From Hormiphora californensis (Eukaryota; Animalia; Ctenophora): DNA of 64,000 bases. A program made the translations under genes and the position numbers. Below, piece by piece: positions 36,601 through 48,390 of the stretch. The notes under the pieces are model-generated. The model had not been told where the DNA came from. It did no database searches and was given only the letters and a program-made list of their open reading frames with translations. The stretch lies in the NCBI GenBank assembly GCA_020137815.1, contig CM035353.1, positions 6,262,001-6,326,000 on the forward strand. The letters are read 5' to 3'. The first letter of the stretch is position 1; the number at the start of each line of letters is the position of its first letter.

Positions 36601-37120
36601 CACTTTGGTGTGCGTAACGGACTTTTGTTGTTGGCTACCATTTTTGATTTGTTGTGCCCTCCATACGGCTGAGGTTGTGGATATGTCACCGTGGTACCAG
36701 GTCTTCTCCCTAAATATTCTTCCCATTAACTCTGTACTAAACCCAATTTTGTACAGTGATGCACTGAATAAGTTGTTTGAAGAGGTACGACCTGTCGTGG
36801 GAAGAATTCTGGCCACTTTGAATTCTTGGCAATCAATCTTTGCCATGTTTCGTGGTGAACCAGTCGCACCTGAACCAGCTGACCAAATACCCGTCAATAA
36901 TTCTCAGCCGGAAAACACTAAAGATGAGATTCCAACGGACATGCCAGAAGAGCAATTTGAAGTTGCCGATGAGACATTGATTTTCAGATTGAAGATAAAA
37001 TGCTCCAGTTGCAGTGATATGATGATGCCGACCAAAGTCACGATCCAAGAAACTGCTTTTAATTCGAATGAAATAACTGTGACTGATCACAGTTCACGGA
37101 GAAGGAATGTATCAGCTTGA
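33623..37120 (+). CDS. Intronless class A GPCR with Cys-rich, multiple-LDLa ectodomain (GRL101/LGR-related 7TM, no LRRs seen)
   Basis: Open frame 33527-37120; likely start MFLIMIGLVMFSTAGS at 33623. LDLa motifs CDGTEDCAGGMDES, DGVVDCESGVDE, CDLVDDCGDRSDEE, CDGKTDCKDFSDEC. Seven hydrophobic segments with TDFCCWLPF and NSVLNPILY. Confidence 0.95.
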   Translation: MFLIMIGLVMFSTAGSSKGNTTKRVLSGDANLEGPVNSREPIPLPIGDDQDAYEDGKLCPITDDHGFLARICNEEDYRDRRTGIFQCATTPNVTYTKRKLFDIRTRLLTTEYSERCPNDDAMYQACGVSLKGMFVGVSHVKMFDQPPVCGVVCFDAFRGNLIHKEDQECRDGHMGTMLYPLTLQDGSIAQITLKSGGVCDGICDDIWIGKTVTPEPSLTCVEERDCGGGIIYGSVSKDRVFMPFQGMPKEGTTPPWYQDAPLCKATSSPAEVYGSDFPLYNGSRCFLTINGRNGNDFSSSRSTYCINTGMDQTNCTDPAKVGGSCLVNGYPSTISIYVICDGNNHMIQLCDDGIELKCVRVGRHCFIHKHKLCDGTEDCAGGMDESKIWCGPGKITTHTCQRRFGKMSRVPVDWIQDGVVDCESGVDEKNNWEKCGNGTTLRIKVDTTPCSNVFLCHDNHSEFLETSTMCSSTHTCDKGACQSARRTVDVKKALFRSAKTFGNEFLVGNVCNKGLSSVLFLMKEKCSLRKFNHSFLNFFGKNLTTALVTTHRKQDCRFFYGEAYVFHSCTGLCKNAACPLTRPVLHNSCHNLQIAVYSLNTKLNVVTPVLRQKTAFHNNVFVCKNRKCILFERVCDLVDDCGDRSDEEAGCANNFQCTDNSSFLPLSQKCDGKTDCKDFSDECNSSCSRKAIEHRTIAVIAFIMGVLGLLIGLTAFVKTFRQKLPEKSGAFVNQIFVLAISFGDIFTPCYLLILTVLHWKTNTDFCDKRLEWISGRSCNFIGVLNTVGATVSSLAMASISVYRLYGTRRALNYRQSGEVTKELRQKVHLCLVFIGLIALAFALVPLSDSLEDWFVNGLVFPRDIALFLGTVDKAQFLHIVYGYYGARYTERSERKADISWSTIQGIAAEMFSADYGAVSGKKVSFYGNDPVCMFKFFVLTDDPQVVFVWFYIGIHFLCFVCVAVCHILILVLSNKAAVPGIDRSNNSRLGRKVTLVCVTDFCCWLPFLICCALHTAEVVDMSPWYQVFSLNILPINSVLNPILYSDALNKLFEEVRPVVGRILATLNSWQSIFAMFRGEPVAPEPADQIPVNNSQPENTKDEIPTDMPEEQFEVADETLIFRLKIKCSSCSDMMMPTKVTIQETAFNSNEITVTDHSSRRRNVSA

Positions 37121-37183
37121 CATTAACTTGAAAGTCCAGTGAGGGAGAACTTTAATTGTCTCAGTTGCCCATAAACTTTCAAC

Positions 37184-37273
37184 AACTTCAAGTGTTGTCA
37201 CGCCTGTCTCATCTTCAACAAGATTATATACAATCTTGTTGAAGATGAGACAGGCGTGACAACACTTGAAGTT
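37184..37273. repeat. Perfect 42-bp-arm hairpin ~64 nt downstream of the GPCR stop
   Basis: aacttcaagtgttgtcacgcctgtctcatcttcaacaagatt-atatac-aatcttgttgaagatgagacaggcgtgacaacacttgaagtt. Confidence 0.95.
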
Positions 37274-38132
37274 TAGAGCTTATATTTAGAGCTTTTTATT
37301 TACGATCTTACGTTTGCAATGTTTCCATCGCAATCTTCTGTGCGTGGGCTTTTATCAATAATGCTATTAACCAAATGTAAAGCTGTGATTATATTACTGT
37401 GTTCTTGCTTTTTCTTCAACCAAACTCTAGGTTTTTTTTAGTTTTACGTGTACGAACACCCAAAATAATAAAACTGGTGGTAAGATGGATAAACCCATGT
37501 TTTTGGATTTATTGGTGAAAATAGTAAAATATTGGATCTCATGACCAATCGTCATCGTCATCCCTCATTAGCGGCTGTGATACGTGATTCTCCACCATTA
37601 AGACTGATTAGCAATTCAGAATAACTTGCACGAGGGCGTTGGATTTTGAAATCAATTTTTTGTAACTCATCTTACTAGATGCATTTTTTAACGCTGATTC
37701 CGAATCTGTCAAAATTTTTGATCTACGACCATGTCTTCAGGTGTAACCGTGCTTCTGAATGAACTTGACTGTGCGCTGCGTCCACTGCTGACACTATGAG
37801 ACACTATCACGTGATCATGTCACGTGCTCTCTCTCCCCAACCCAATTAGTTGCGCTCGCGATCTCACACATGAGCGCGTCACCCAGAGAGACATGTAATG
37901 GTTAAACCCTGAGAGAGGGAGAGAGATGAGAAATATTACATTGGAATTCTGAAAGATATTCAGAAAACGGCGATAAAACCCTGGCTCCATTGCTCCAAAT
38001 GTAAGAGCAGGATACTTATTTAGTGGTGTTTCCTGAAACAAGACCTGGACTTGAAGTGAGGACCGAGCAACAGGAAGAGGCCTGAAAGAGAGAGTACCTA
38101 GTTAGTAAATCTCAATCAGTAGATCGAGTAGG

Positions 38133-41100
38133 ATGTTCCCAATCCCGACCGCTTTGAGCCGGGATTGTCTTAAAACACGTGACAAATCACGTGTTTTGAG
38201 AAAGAGACTACCTTTTTCCAACTTGTATCATGATATCATTATTCGCTTGGCTATCGCTATGACTTTTGGATCCCTCAACGAATTTATTGGCTCTGTTAAA
38301 ATCGACATTGACCAGCCCCACATTGCTTTAACTTCTCGGAACGTCCTCGCCCATTTTCTTGCTATAAAGGAAGAAGACCAGCTTGCCTCCGGTTCCACCA
38401 AAGCAGTCGGGAATGATAATGCTATAAACTTAACAACACGATCTGTTTGGGAAGTTTTTACTCGGAATAACGTAGCAACAGCTAGTGAAATGGCGATTAA
38501 GCGGTCAGTACTTAGAACTTTATTAACAAAGTATGTTGTATGTTGCCTTTCAGCCAACCTGCCGTTTAGTTTGTAGTATATCGATATATTTCTCTAAAAA
38601 TGAAACTGCTTGATTTTTTTTCATTCTTGTTCCTCTTCAGGGCCTTGACAAAACTTATCACCAACACCAAGAGAGCGAGCGGTAAACACAGTACAAGAAA
38701 TAAGTTAGAGATGCAGTTGGTCGAAGACTTGTTTATGGTTACCTCCCCATGCTTTGGAAAGAAACAGGTAGTTCTGCAGTGTTGTCATCTACCAGTCTTG
38801 ACATATTTTGAGGATTTTGTTATAATTTTAGTTTTGCAAAAAATGACTATGTATTTACAACCTATATTCTAATCTAGAAGATTGTTCAACCACCGAATTC
38901 AGAGCCTGATCAACTACCCAGTTCACCAGTCACACCTACGAGCACCCGATTCAGACCTGCTCGAGCATATGTTAGCGATGTAAGTTTTATATTATCATCA
39001 TGATAAATCATATTGTGTGTATTTTATTAAACTCTCAGTCTATTAGTAGTACTACTAGTAGTAGAAAAGTCCCGCATTTGCTGAAACAATAATTCTTGTG
39101 CATGCCTTAATACTATGATATTAGTTAACTACTCGTTTGATTGACTCTCATAGTCATAATATAACCACCCTTTCAATTTTAGGTGGCAGATATTGTTGAT
39201 GACCGTGATAATGAACCTGCCTGCGACGCTGATTATGTTTATCTCTCTGATCAGGATAGTAGTGACAGTGACAATGATAGTGACAATGACAGACTTGACA
39301 ATAAATCTTACACACCAACTACTAAGCGACGTTTATTTAGAATTCCTAAACATAACTACAAATATTATGCTAAGGTTGCCGAAGTAGCTTTAAGATTAGA
39401 AAATAGTCCTGAGAACGCGGCCCAATTCTGCACAGAACTCCGCAGGACGGATGCACAAGCTAACGGAGATCCGTACTACGAAGTTATTACATCGGACAAG
39501 ATGAGGCGTGCCATGGAGTTCGCAAGTACAGGAGCAGTGAAGTCACTAGAAGGAAAACAAGTTGTTTGTTTGTTTGTTTGTCACTAAACCATGGGATACG
39601 CTCAGCAAACCTCCATACCAACCCGGGTATGTGGTAACTATGGCGCTGAGTCCCTTTCTCTCCCCAGCTGGGAGAGAAAGAGACTCATGGTTTAAATTTC
39701 TGGAACATTTGAGAGGATCTTGGTCAGATAGGTAACGTTTTGCCTTTGAGAGGGTCTTGGTCTTGAAAATATGTAACGTTTTGCCTTTGAGAGGGTCTTG
39801 GTCGGGTAGGTAACGTTTTGCCTTTGAGAGGGTCTTGGTCAGGTAGGTAACATTTTGCCTTTGAGAGGGTCTTGGTCTTGAAAATAGGTAACGTTTTGCC
39901 TTTGAGAGGGTCTTGGTCGGGTAGGTAACGTTTTGCCTTTGAGAGGGTCTTGGTCTGGTTTGATATTTATCGTATGTTGGTCTGTCTAGGGCACACTCTC
40001 AAGCTATGTCTTGTCTTACTCTTAATCATTGAATAGTCAATTACATTCACAATATCAACTGTACACAATAAATGTACAAACAATACGGACAGGTGAACTT
40101 ACGACCTTGATGGATGATTGGTACCGTGATGTTGTTGGTGATGAGATGAGAGGTGTAAAAATTTCCAATGGTGATAAAGATAAACGAAAACGAATACGAT
40201 CAAACACAAACAAGGGGTTGGGCAGAATGTAGCACCACTAGAGTGTAAAATATTCTAGAAGACAATTTGGATGGGATGAGATAGATAAGAACATTTGTTA
40301 GTTGTTACACGCGATAAGCGACTTAGTGCACCAAAACACAAGGATTGTCTCTGTAGTGTGGTGTTTTGCAATGTCCGCTATATTGGGAGAGGTGGGTGGG
40401 GGAGGGTGGGTGGGGGTGGGGCGGGGGGTAATATTGGACAAAAATATAGCTGTAATTTAGTAATGAGACCAGGCCAGGCCCGAGAGACAGTTCAGTGGTA
40501 ACTGGGGGGTCATGTGTGATGGAAATGAGAACTAGAAACCGATTTGAGTTGCATTTTAGTGAGGAGAATAGCCCTTTTTGGTGTCTGAGACAATCAAAAG
40601 TGAAACGAAATGCAACGTAACGAACGAGTAATGAATAGAATTCTGCTCTGTGACTTGTTAGTGCTCCTTTATCAAACACGCAATGGCAAAGTACAAAGTT
40701 TCCCGAATTTAATTAAATGCGAATTTCCCAAGTTTTGGTCGATTTTGGCCAAAATTGCTGCCCTAAACTAACTATTGGACTGTTCGTTGCCAGGGAGACT
40801 ACTCGCTGGTGACTGAGAGATCATATGCTGTCGAATATTGGTATTTGAGGCGGTTTGAAGTTGCATTTTAGAGAGGGGAGGAGCTAATATTGGACAAAAA
40901 TATAGCTGTAATTTAGTAATGAGACCAGGCCAGGCCCGAGAGACAGTTCAGTGGTAACTGGGGGGTCATGTGTGATGGAAATGAGAACTAGAAACCGATT
41001 TGAGTTGCATTTTAGTGAGGAGAATAGCCCTTTTTGGTGTCTGAGACAATCAAAAGTGAAACGAAATGCAACGTAACGAACGAGTAATCAGGAAAACAAG

Positions 41101-43815
41101 TTTATGGTAAGTGAAACTACATGTATTGCATGCGGGGGCCGGGGGAATGCTACTTCTAGTTTGATTCGGCTTTATTATGCAACAATATTTAGGTATTTTT
41201 GCTGACTGCAAGGAAGATAGGAGAACAGCTGTACTTAATAAAGAGGATAATAGAGGGCGTATAGAACATACACCAGAGACGCATGTTACGGTAGTAGTGT
41301 ATGCCGGGGATGATAAGGGGAACGTAGAGAGGTTATACTGTGGATGGGCAGTACCCAAGCCAGCCAAGAGGGCACCACTGAAGAAGAAGATAAGCAAAAA
41401 TAAGAAAGGGAAAACAACCAAGGCTCAGAAGAGATTAGATCAGGAAGAGAGCATTACCGGTACTAGCAAAACTGGGGCGATCGTACCGATCGCAAATCGA
41501 GGGGTCTGTTTCTATGTTTTTCTCTCTGCCTGTCTGCTATGTGATGTGATCCCTCTTTTTTTCTCTCTTTCCCTCCCTTTTATACATGTGATGTGACCCC
41601 TCAAGTCGCAAGCAGTTCTCAACACGTGTGATACGTGATACCTACGAATCACGTCGTAACACTGACGGATCACATCGTCACACTGACGGATCACGTCGTC
41701 ACACTGACGGATCACGTCGTCACATTGACGATAGGGTGTCACATTTCCGTGCAAATTTGCATGTGTATGAATTTGTTTTGATTTAATACCACTGCACAGT
41801 TTGCATTTGAAGTTAACTCAACTCCATTACGCAGGAAGAAGAATCGCTATAGAGCTGGCTAACTATTTGGAGAGCCTTGGTTTGGATCTGACGAACGTGA
41901 GAGTAGTTGGTGGTGATGGAACATCTGTAAACACAGGTTAGTAGTAGTACTAGTTTCCATATTCTGATCTTTAATTTAATCGGATCCCACCAACTTCAAT
42001 GCTGAATTAATATCTCACTCCTCTCTGCAGGCATCCACAAAGGTTTCATGACTGAGCTGCAGACAGCTGTTGGAAAAAAGCAACTACAGTGGTCCGTTTG
42101 TTTGCTTCATCAGTTTGAGCTGAATCTAAGGTAAATTGCTTCATTTTTCACTAAGTTTCGCAGTGAACAGATTTACAGTTTTACCTAAATCAATATGTCA
42201 GATCGATAATTCTGATTTGTTTATAACAATGTTTTTCTTTAATTGTAGGGCAGTTTTTGAACTACTGGACAAACCAGCAGACGGCCCCGATTCTTACCCT
42301 GGGACTGTTGGTAAGAGGATCTGTAATGATGCTCACCATCAGCTGCACGGAATTCCTGTTAGGAGGGATTTCGAACCGATAGCAGTGGACTTCCCACTGA
42401 TGCCAGATGTGGTCTTGAAAACATTAAATCAAGATGCACAGAAATTACTGAAAATGTGCCACTATGTGACACAAGGTTTGTAATCTCAAATTTCACTCCT
42501 TCACTCACTCAATGTATCTCCCTCTCTCTCACCTCTCTATCTCTCCATCTGGCGAACCGGCCCTATAGCCACCCATAAAATAACACAACCTTCTACCTAC
42601 TGCAGATGCCCTAGATTTCCCAGCGAGTTTAGGAAAACAAGCGATCGGCGTGGTTCACACAGCCCGGTGGATGAACCTCGGAACTAGACTGATACGGTTG
42701 TACATCACCATGGATAAGTCGGACCCGGATTATACAGCAGCTCGGGATCTTGCAACGTTCGTTGTTGGCTACTATGCCAAGGTAAGATTATAGTTCCTTT
42801 GCCACTACTACTTTACTACTTCAAACATTAATTAACTAATACTACCAACTTTATATGCTATATAACATCGCTTTCTTTTGCTGCAGATGTTTTCTGGAGT
42901 AATGTATAAGTGGAGAATAGAAGAAGGATCCGCCCACCTATTAAAGGCCCTAGAATTAGCTAGAGGTATCCAGAATACCAACCAAATGAAGGCCGTACAA
43001 AAATCCTTACAGAATAACCCCTACTTCGGGCACCCAACTAATATATTGATAGGAATGCTGGGTAAGAAATTGCAGTAGTTCATCATAATACATCATCATA
43101 ATATTAAGATTATATAGAAATGATCCTTATTGGTAGTGTTATAAACAAATCTAATAACTCTGTTTATCTACAGCTCACGAAGATATTGAAATCCGGCAAC
43201 AGGCCATATCGATAATTAAGGATCTCAGAGCATTTCCAGTTCATAATAGGAGGTTTCATAAGCCTAAACTAAACTTCAAAGCCACTTCACTCCTTGAAAT
43301 TACAATTCTAAGAAAGGTTTGTCGCCGCTCTAATACATAATATATGTTTGAGTAATAACGTAACTAAATTTACGGAACAACCTAATATTATCACTTATAC
43401 AGGACCGTCCCGAATTCTCTGGGCAGTGGACGTTCATTTCGGACACCGGTGAAGTATGCCTGGTGCAAGAACCCCCTATAGTTAAAGGTAACTCGACATC
43501 TGCTAAAAATCCCAATAAAATGGTCAAAAATTAATGTTGAGATCAGGTGTTATCAGATCTAATTTAACAATTAACATTTCTTTAGGTGAAGATTTGGAGC
43601 AGTATACCGCCTTTCCATTGATTACCACAGTTCCGTGCCATTCCCAACATGTTGAGAGAAATGTGGCATTGACGTCCAAAGCTGTTGGCCGAGTTTCTGG
43701 ACATATGCGGCAAGTCAACACAGCACTTACTATCAAGCGAAATCGAGACGCCAACCCAGGAAAGATAGGAGCACGGAACTTACGACGCAGAATGGAACTT
43801 GCTGCAGGTGTTTAG
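38133..43815 (+). pseudogene. 13-exon hATm-type DDE transposase, exon 4 interrupted by a retroelement
   Basis: Spliced product contains YGIFADCKED, VVGGDGTSVNTGIHKG, LQWSVCLLHQFELNLR, HTARW, NNPYFGHPTNILIGML and PCHSQHVERNVAL, the DDE and CxxH motifs of this hAT clade. Approximate exons: 38133-38530, 38641-38767, 38878-38979, 39183-39563+41103-41106, 41193-41459, 41835-41936, 42031-42130, 42249-42475, 42606-42781, 42888-43061, 43174-43317, 43402-43487, 43586-43815. Confidence 0.85.
39564..41089 (-). mobile_element. Non-coding non-LTR retroelement insertion with 13-bp TSD
   Basis: TSD AGGAAAACAAGTT (39551-39563, 41090-41102). (GTTT)n at the left end is a (AAAC)n 3' tail on the minus strand. 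Subterminal hairpin ~39647-39687, ~37-41-bp tandem repeat ~39709-39955, and a ~200-bp direct repeat (~40430-40632 = ~40886-41088). Confidence 0.8.
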
Positions 43816-44516
43816 GACAATAATCTAGTTGTATTTGGAATATGGGAAGTTATGACCACTGACTGATATAATTGATATGAAATAGCAATTTTTGTTTTGT
43901 TCAACAAGGCAAGCAATTTAAACTTTTAGGGTGCAGACCAATGTTGAAGTTATTTCATTCTACACAGGACCATTGTATTTTATATCTGAGATATATATCC
44001 AACAATTTTCAGCTATTTAGCTTCTATGAAGTTTCATGATGCGTCTGTTTTGCGTTCTAAAATTCTTGGCATTTCATTCTCTCATAATCCCCTCAAACTA
44101 ATGCGTTCCTTAATCCCTGAATTTAGTTTAGAAAGTGAAAAACATCTCTCACCTATAATAGTCTACTGGAGAGAGATGTTTCCACAGGTCTCAAGTGACG
44201 CGCTCGTGTGTGAGATCGCGAGCGCAACTAATTGGGTTGGGGAGAGAGAGCACGTGACATGATCACGTGATAGTGTATCATAGTGTCAGCAGTGGACGCA
44301 GCGCACAGTCAAGTTCATTCAGAAGCACGGTTACACCTGAAGACATGGTCGTAGATCAAAAATTTTGACAGATTCGGAATCAGCGTTAAAAAATGCATCT
44401 AGTAAGATGAGTTACAAAAAATTGATTTCAAAATCCAACACCCTAGCCGGAACCCCTGCCCAATTTTTCAAATAGCGGCACAGGATAAGTATATCTGAAT
44501 TGCACTGGAACCAACA

Positions 44517-44586
44517 GCTCCGTGGCCGAATGGCCACAAGTTGGGCTAAGAAACACAAGATCCCAGGTTCAAATCCCGGTCAAGAG
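44517..44586 (+). other. tRNA-derived SINE head or tRNA pseudogene
   Basis: A-box TGGCCGAATGG and B-box GGTTCAAATCC at tRNA-like spacing. Acceptor and anticodon stems pair poorly. Confidence 0.6.
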
Positions 44587-45000
44587 ATTTATAATATTAG
44601 ACATCTTTTTTCACTTTTGCTTGATATTGAAGCATTTAAGTTTCCGATTATACCGGCGATTTAACACGATAAATACCGAATACTAGACAGGGAGACTAGG
44701 TGAACCTACCCTTACCATCGTACCTGAACCAAAAGAAGAACCCTACACCGAACAAAGTCAAGATCTAACTAAACTAACTACTTAATTTGACCACGAAATC
44801 CGGGTTTTTTAGGTGAGCCAAAGCCGACCTCCAAAAGAAAATCGATTCATTACAAGTAGCGTGACGCGTCCATATGTGAGGACCCGGCGCTATCGTTCGG
44901 CAAAAACCAATTCTGGGAAAACCCCAGTACCGTAAGACATACACTCTTTGGATTTCCAGATGATCAAAGAAAATAGTAAATACCTATGACAATAAACAAA

Positions 45001-47072
45001 ACCTAAAAACGGGGCACCGCTGTATTAAACGGTAACCCCAAAAACGGGGCACCACGGCAACCTAAAATCGGGGCGCCACTGCACTATTATACGGCAACCC
45101 CAAAAACGGGGCACCACTGCATTATACGGCAACCCAAAAACGGGGCGCCACTGCACTATACGGCAACCCCAAAAACGGGGCACCACTGTCTCACGCGGCA
45201 ACCCCAAAAACGGGGCACCACTGCATTATACGGCAACCCAAAAACGGGGCGCTACTGCACTATACGGCAACCCCAAAAACGGAGCACCACTACATTATAC
45301 GACAACCCAAAAACGGGGCACCACTGCATTATACGGCAACTCTAAAAACGGGGCACCACTGTCTCACGCGGCAACCCCAAAAACGGGGCACCACTGTCTC
45401 ATGCGGCAACCCCAAAAACGGGGCACTACTGCATTATACGGCAACCCAAAAAACGGGGCACCACTGCATTAAACAGCTACTCTAAAAACGGGGCACCACT
45501 GTCTCACGTGGCAACCTCAAAAAAGGGGCACCACTGCATTATACAACAACCCCAAAAACGGGGCACCACTAGTTTTTAGAGTTGCCGTATAATGCAGTGG
45601 CCACTGCATTATACGGCAACTCTAAAAACGGGGCACCACTGTCTCACGTGGCAACCTAAAAAAAAAGGGGCACCACTGCATTATACAACAAACCCAAAAA
45701 CGGGGCACAACTGCATTATACGGCAACCCACTGCACTATACGGCAACCCCAAAAACGGGGCACCCCGCACCACTGCATTATACGGCAACTCAAAAACGGG
45801 GCGCTACTGCACTATACGGCAACCCCAAAAACGGAGCACCACTACATTATACGACAACCCAAAAACGGGGCACCACTGCATTATACGGCAACTCAAAAAC
45901 GGGGCACCACTGTCTCACGCGGCAACCCCAAAAACGGGGCACCACTGTCTCACGCGGCAACCCCAAAAACGGGGCACCACTGCATTATACGGCAACCCAA
46001 AAAAACGGGGCACCACTGCATTAAACGGCTACTCTAAAAACGGGGCACCACTGTCTCACGTGGCAACCTCAAAAAAGGGGCACCACTGCATTATACAACA
46101 ACCCCAAAAACGGGGCACCACTGCATTATACGGCAACTCTAAAAACGGGGCACCACTGTCTCACGTGGCAACCTCAAAAAAGGGGCACCACTGCATTATA
46201 CAACAAACCCAAAAACGGGGCACAACTGCATTATACGGCAACCCACTGCACTATACGGCAACCCCAAAAACGGGGCACCCCGCACCACTGCATTATACGG
46301 CAACTCAAAAACGGGGCGCTACTGCACTATACGGCAACCCCAAAAACGGAGCACCACTACATTATACGACAACCCAAAAACGGGGCACCACTGCATTATA
46401 CGGCAACTCAAAAACGGGGCACCACTGTCTCACGCGGCAACCCCAAAAACGGGGCACCACTGTCTCACGCGGCAACCCCAAAAACGGGGCACCACTGCAT
46501 TATACGGCAACCCAAAAAAACGGGGCACCACTGCATTAAACGGCTACTCTAAAAACGGGGCACCACTGTCTCACGTGGCAACCTCAAAAAAGGGGCACCA
46601 CTGCATTATACAACAACCCCAAAAACGGGGCACCACTGCATTATACGGCAACTCTAAAAACGGGGCACCACTGTCTCACGTGGCAACCTCAAAAAAGGGG
46701 CACCACTGCATTATACAACAAACCCAAAAACGGGGCACAACTGCATTATACGGCAACCCAAAAACGGGGCGCCACTGCACTATACGGCAACCCCAAAAAC
46801 GGGGCACCACTGCATTATACGGCAACCCAAAAACGGGGCGCCACTGCACTATACGGCAACCCCAAAACGGGGCACCACTGCACTATACGACAACCCAAAA
46901 ACGGGGCACCACTGCATTAAACGGCAACTCTAAAAATGGGGCACCACTGTCTCACGCGGCAACCTCAAAAAAGGGGCACCACTGCATTATACAACAACCC
47001 CAAAAACGGAGCACCACTGTCTCACACGGCAACACAATAACATGGCACCACTGCAATATATGTAACGGCAAC
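45001..47072. repeat. ~31-33-bp minisatellite (AAAAACGGGGCACCACTGCATTATACGGCAACCCC) with a ~516-bp higher-order repeat
   Basis: Two unit types (CATTATACGG and TCTCACG(C/T)GG). The same variant order restarts at ~45601, ~46118 and ~46633. Confidence 0.95.
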
Positions 47073-47972
47073 CCCAGCAAAACTGATTACGAAGTCTGGA
47101 TTACTCCGATGAGTCACTAAAGGCTACCTCCCCCCTCCCTAAAAAATCGATCCGTCACAGATAGCCTCAACAACAGCCAAGTCGCAAAGCCCTGAGCATA
47201 ACAGGTCGGATCTGAAACCAAACGGTATGCAACAGTACCGGAAACGGTAATCACAACTGCAAAGTCGCCAGCCACTAGAGATATGGTATTGGTACCCCTA
47301 TTCTAGATGGAACCCAATAACAAACAGTGCCACATGGGCCGACTCCTCTTCAAATGCAAATGCATGCGAACGACTCGGTGGACCGACCCCTCCCGCTATA
47401 CCCAAACCATAAGGTATTAGCCATAACAAGGCAATGCGGGAGTGAAAAAATAGTGAGACGCTCTAGTTATGGAGACGTCGCTATCGTTCGGCAACTACCT
47501 ACACCTGGGACAACCCAGGAACGTAAGACTGACACGCTTGTGTTAGTGCATCCGCTGTCGTAGGTAGGATTTATGCAAGAACTTATTAAGTAGGATCGTC
47601 TGTCGGTCTGCATCTCTAAGGTCATCGCTGTCGGAGGGGACAACGGGGTAACCCGTTTGAACACTGAAGGCGGCTTTGACCTGGGGGTGTGGGTCGGCGC
47701 TCGGGTTGTCGGTGTGTGGGCGCCAAGGGGAGATCCTACGGAAATAAGGGCTAGCTGATCCCCAACGTCAGCAGTGTGGATGGAAGTACGGAGGTACATA
47801 TACACACACACACACTCAAATTTTGACCGCCAGCAACTAGATGCTTATCTTCATAAAGACCATTGGACATTGGGATATCGACATAGGCCCCAGATGGACA
47901 TGACATCGACATGACATCGACGAAACGTACGTTTATTATTTGATTTTCTCACGTCACAAACATACAGACAAA

Positions 47973-47986
47973 CTCTTTCTCTCTCG

Positions 47987-48080
<94 letters not shown>

Positions 48081-48390
48081 TCTCTCGTCTCTCTCTCGCT
48101 CTCTCTCTCTCTCCGTCCCTCGCCTCTTCTCTCCTCTCTCTCTCTCTTCTCTCGTCTCTCTCTCTCCCTCTCTCGTCTCCTCTCTCTCCTCTCATCGTCC
48201 CATCTCTCTTGCTCTGTCATCTCCGCCTCTCTTCTCCTCGCATCCTGCATCGTCTACAACTGAGCGTCTCTGCTGCTAGCTTCCCTCTCGGTCAGCTCGT
48301 CTACCGTCCTCTATCTCGTCCGAATCTCATTACTCTCATCAGTCTCGAGCTCTCTTCATCTCTCTATCTCTCTCTCTCTCTCTCTCTCTC
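47973..48390. repeat. (CT)n microsatellite, degenerating rightwards
   Basis: Directly visible. Confidence 0.95.

Larger units (their letters stand above)
37633..44444 (+). mobile_element. hAT-superfamily (hATm-type) DNA transposon, ~6.8 kb, ~250-bp TIRs
   Basis: TIRs AGGG(C/T)GTTGGATTTTGAAATC... (~37633-37881 and ~44195-44444) are near-identical and enclose a spliced transposase. No clean TSD. Confidence 0.9.

Noticed and set aside
34281-37090. Short alternative-frame and antisense ORFs over the GPCR (and over 27157-28632, 53680-54879, 57666-59369)
   Set aside because: Shadow ORFs of real coding sequence with no independent motifs.
40458-40495. Hammerhead ribozyme in the 200-bp repeat (TAATGAGACC...GGCCCGAGAGACAG)
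   Set aside because: The core deviates from CTGANGA/GAAA and lies opposite to the inferred element strand.
44517-44586. Functional tRNA gene
   Set aside because: A and B boxes are present, but the acceptor and anticodon stems do not pair. Kept only as a SINE head or pseudogene.
45001-47072. CRISPR-like array (regular ~32-bp repeats; GTTTTTAGAG at 45572 resembles a type II repeat start)
   Set aside because: No unique spacers, units are head-to-tail variants, there are no cas genes, and the context is eukaryotic. The GTTTTTAGAG is simply an inverted satellite unit.
45592-47120. 315-aa and 181-aa ORFs
   Set aside because: They are translations of the satellite, open in several frames, with no splice or start context.
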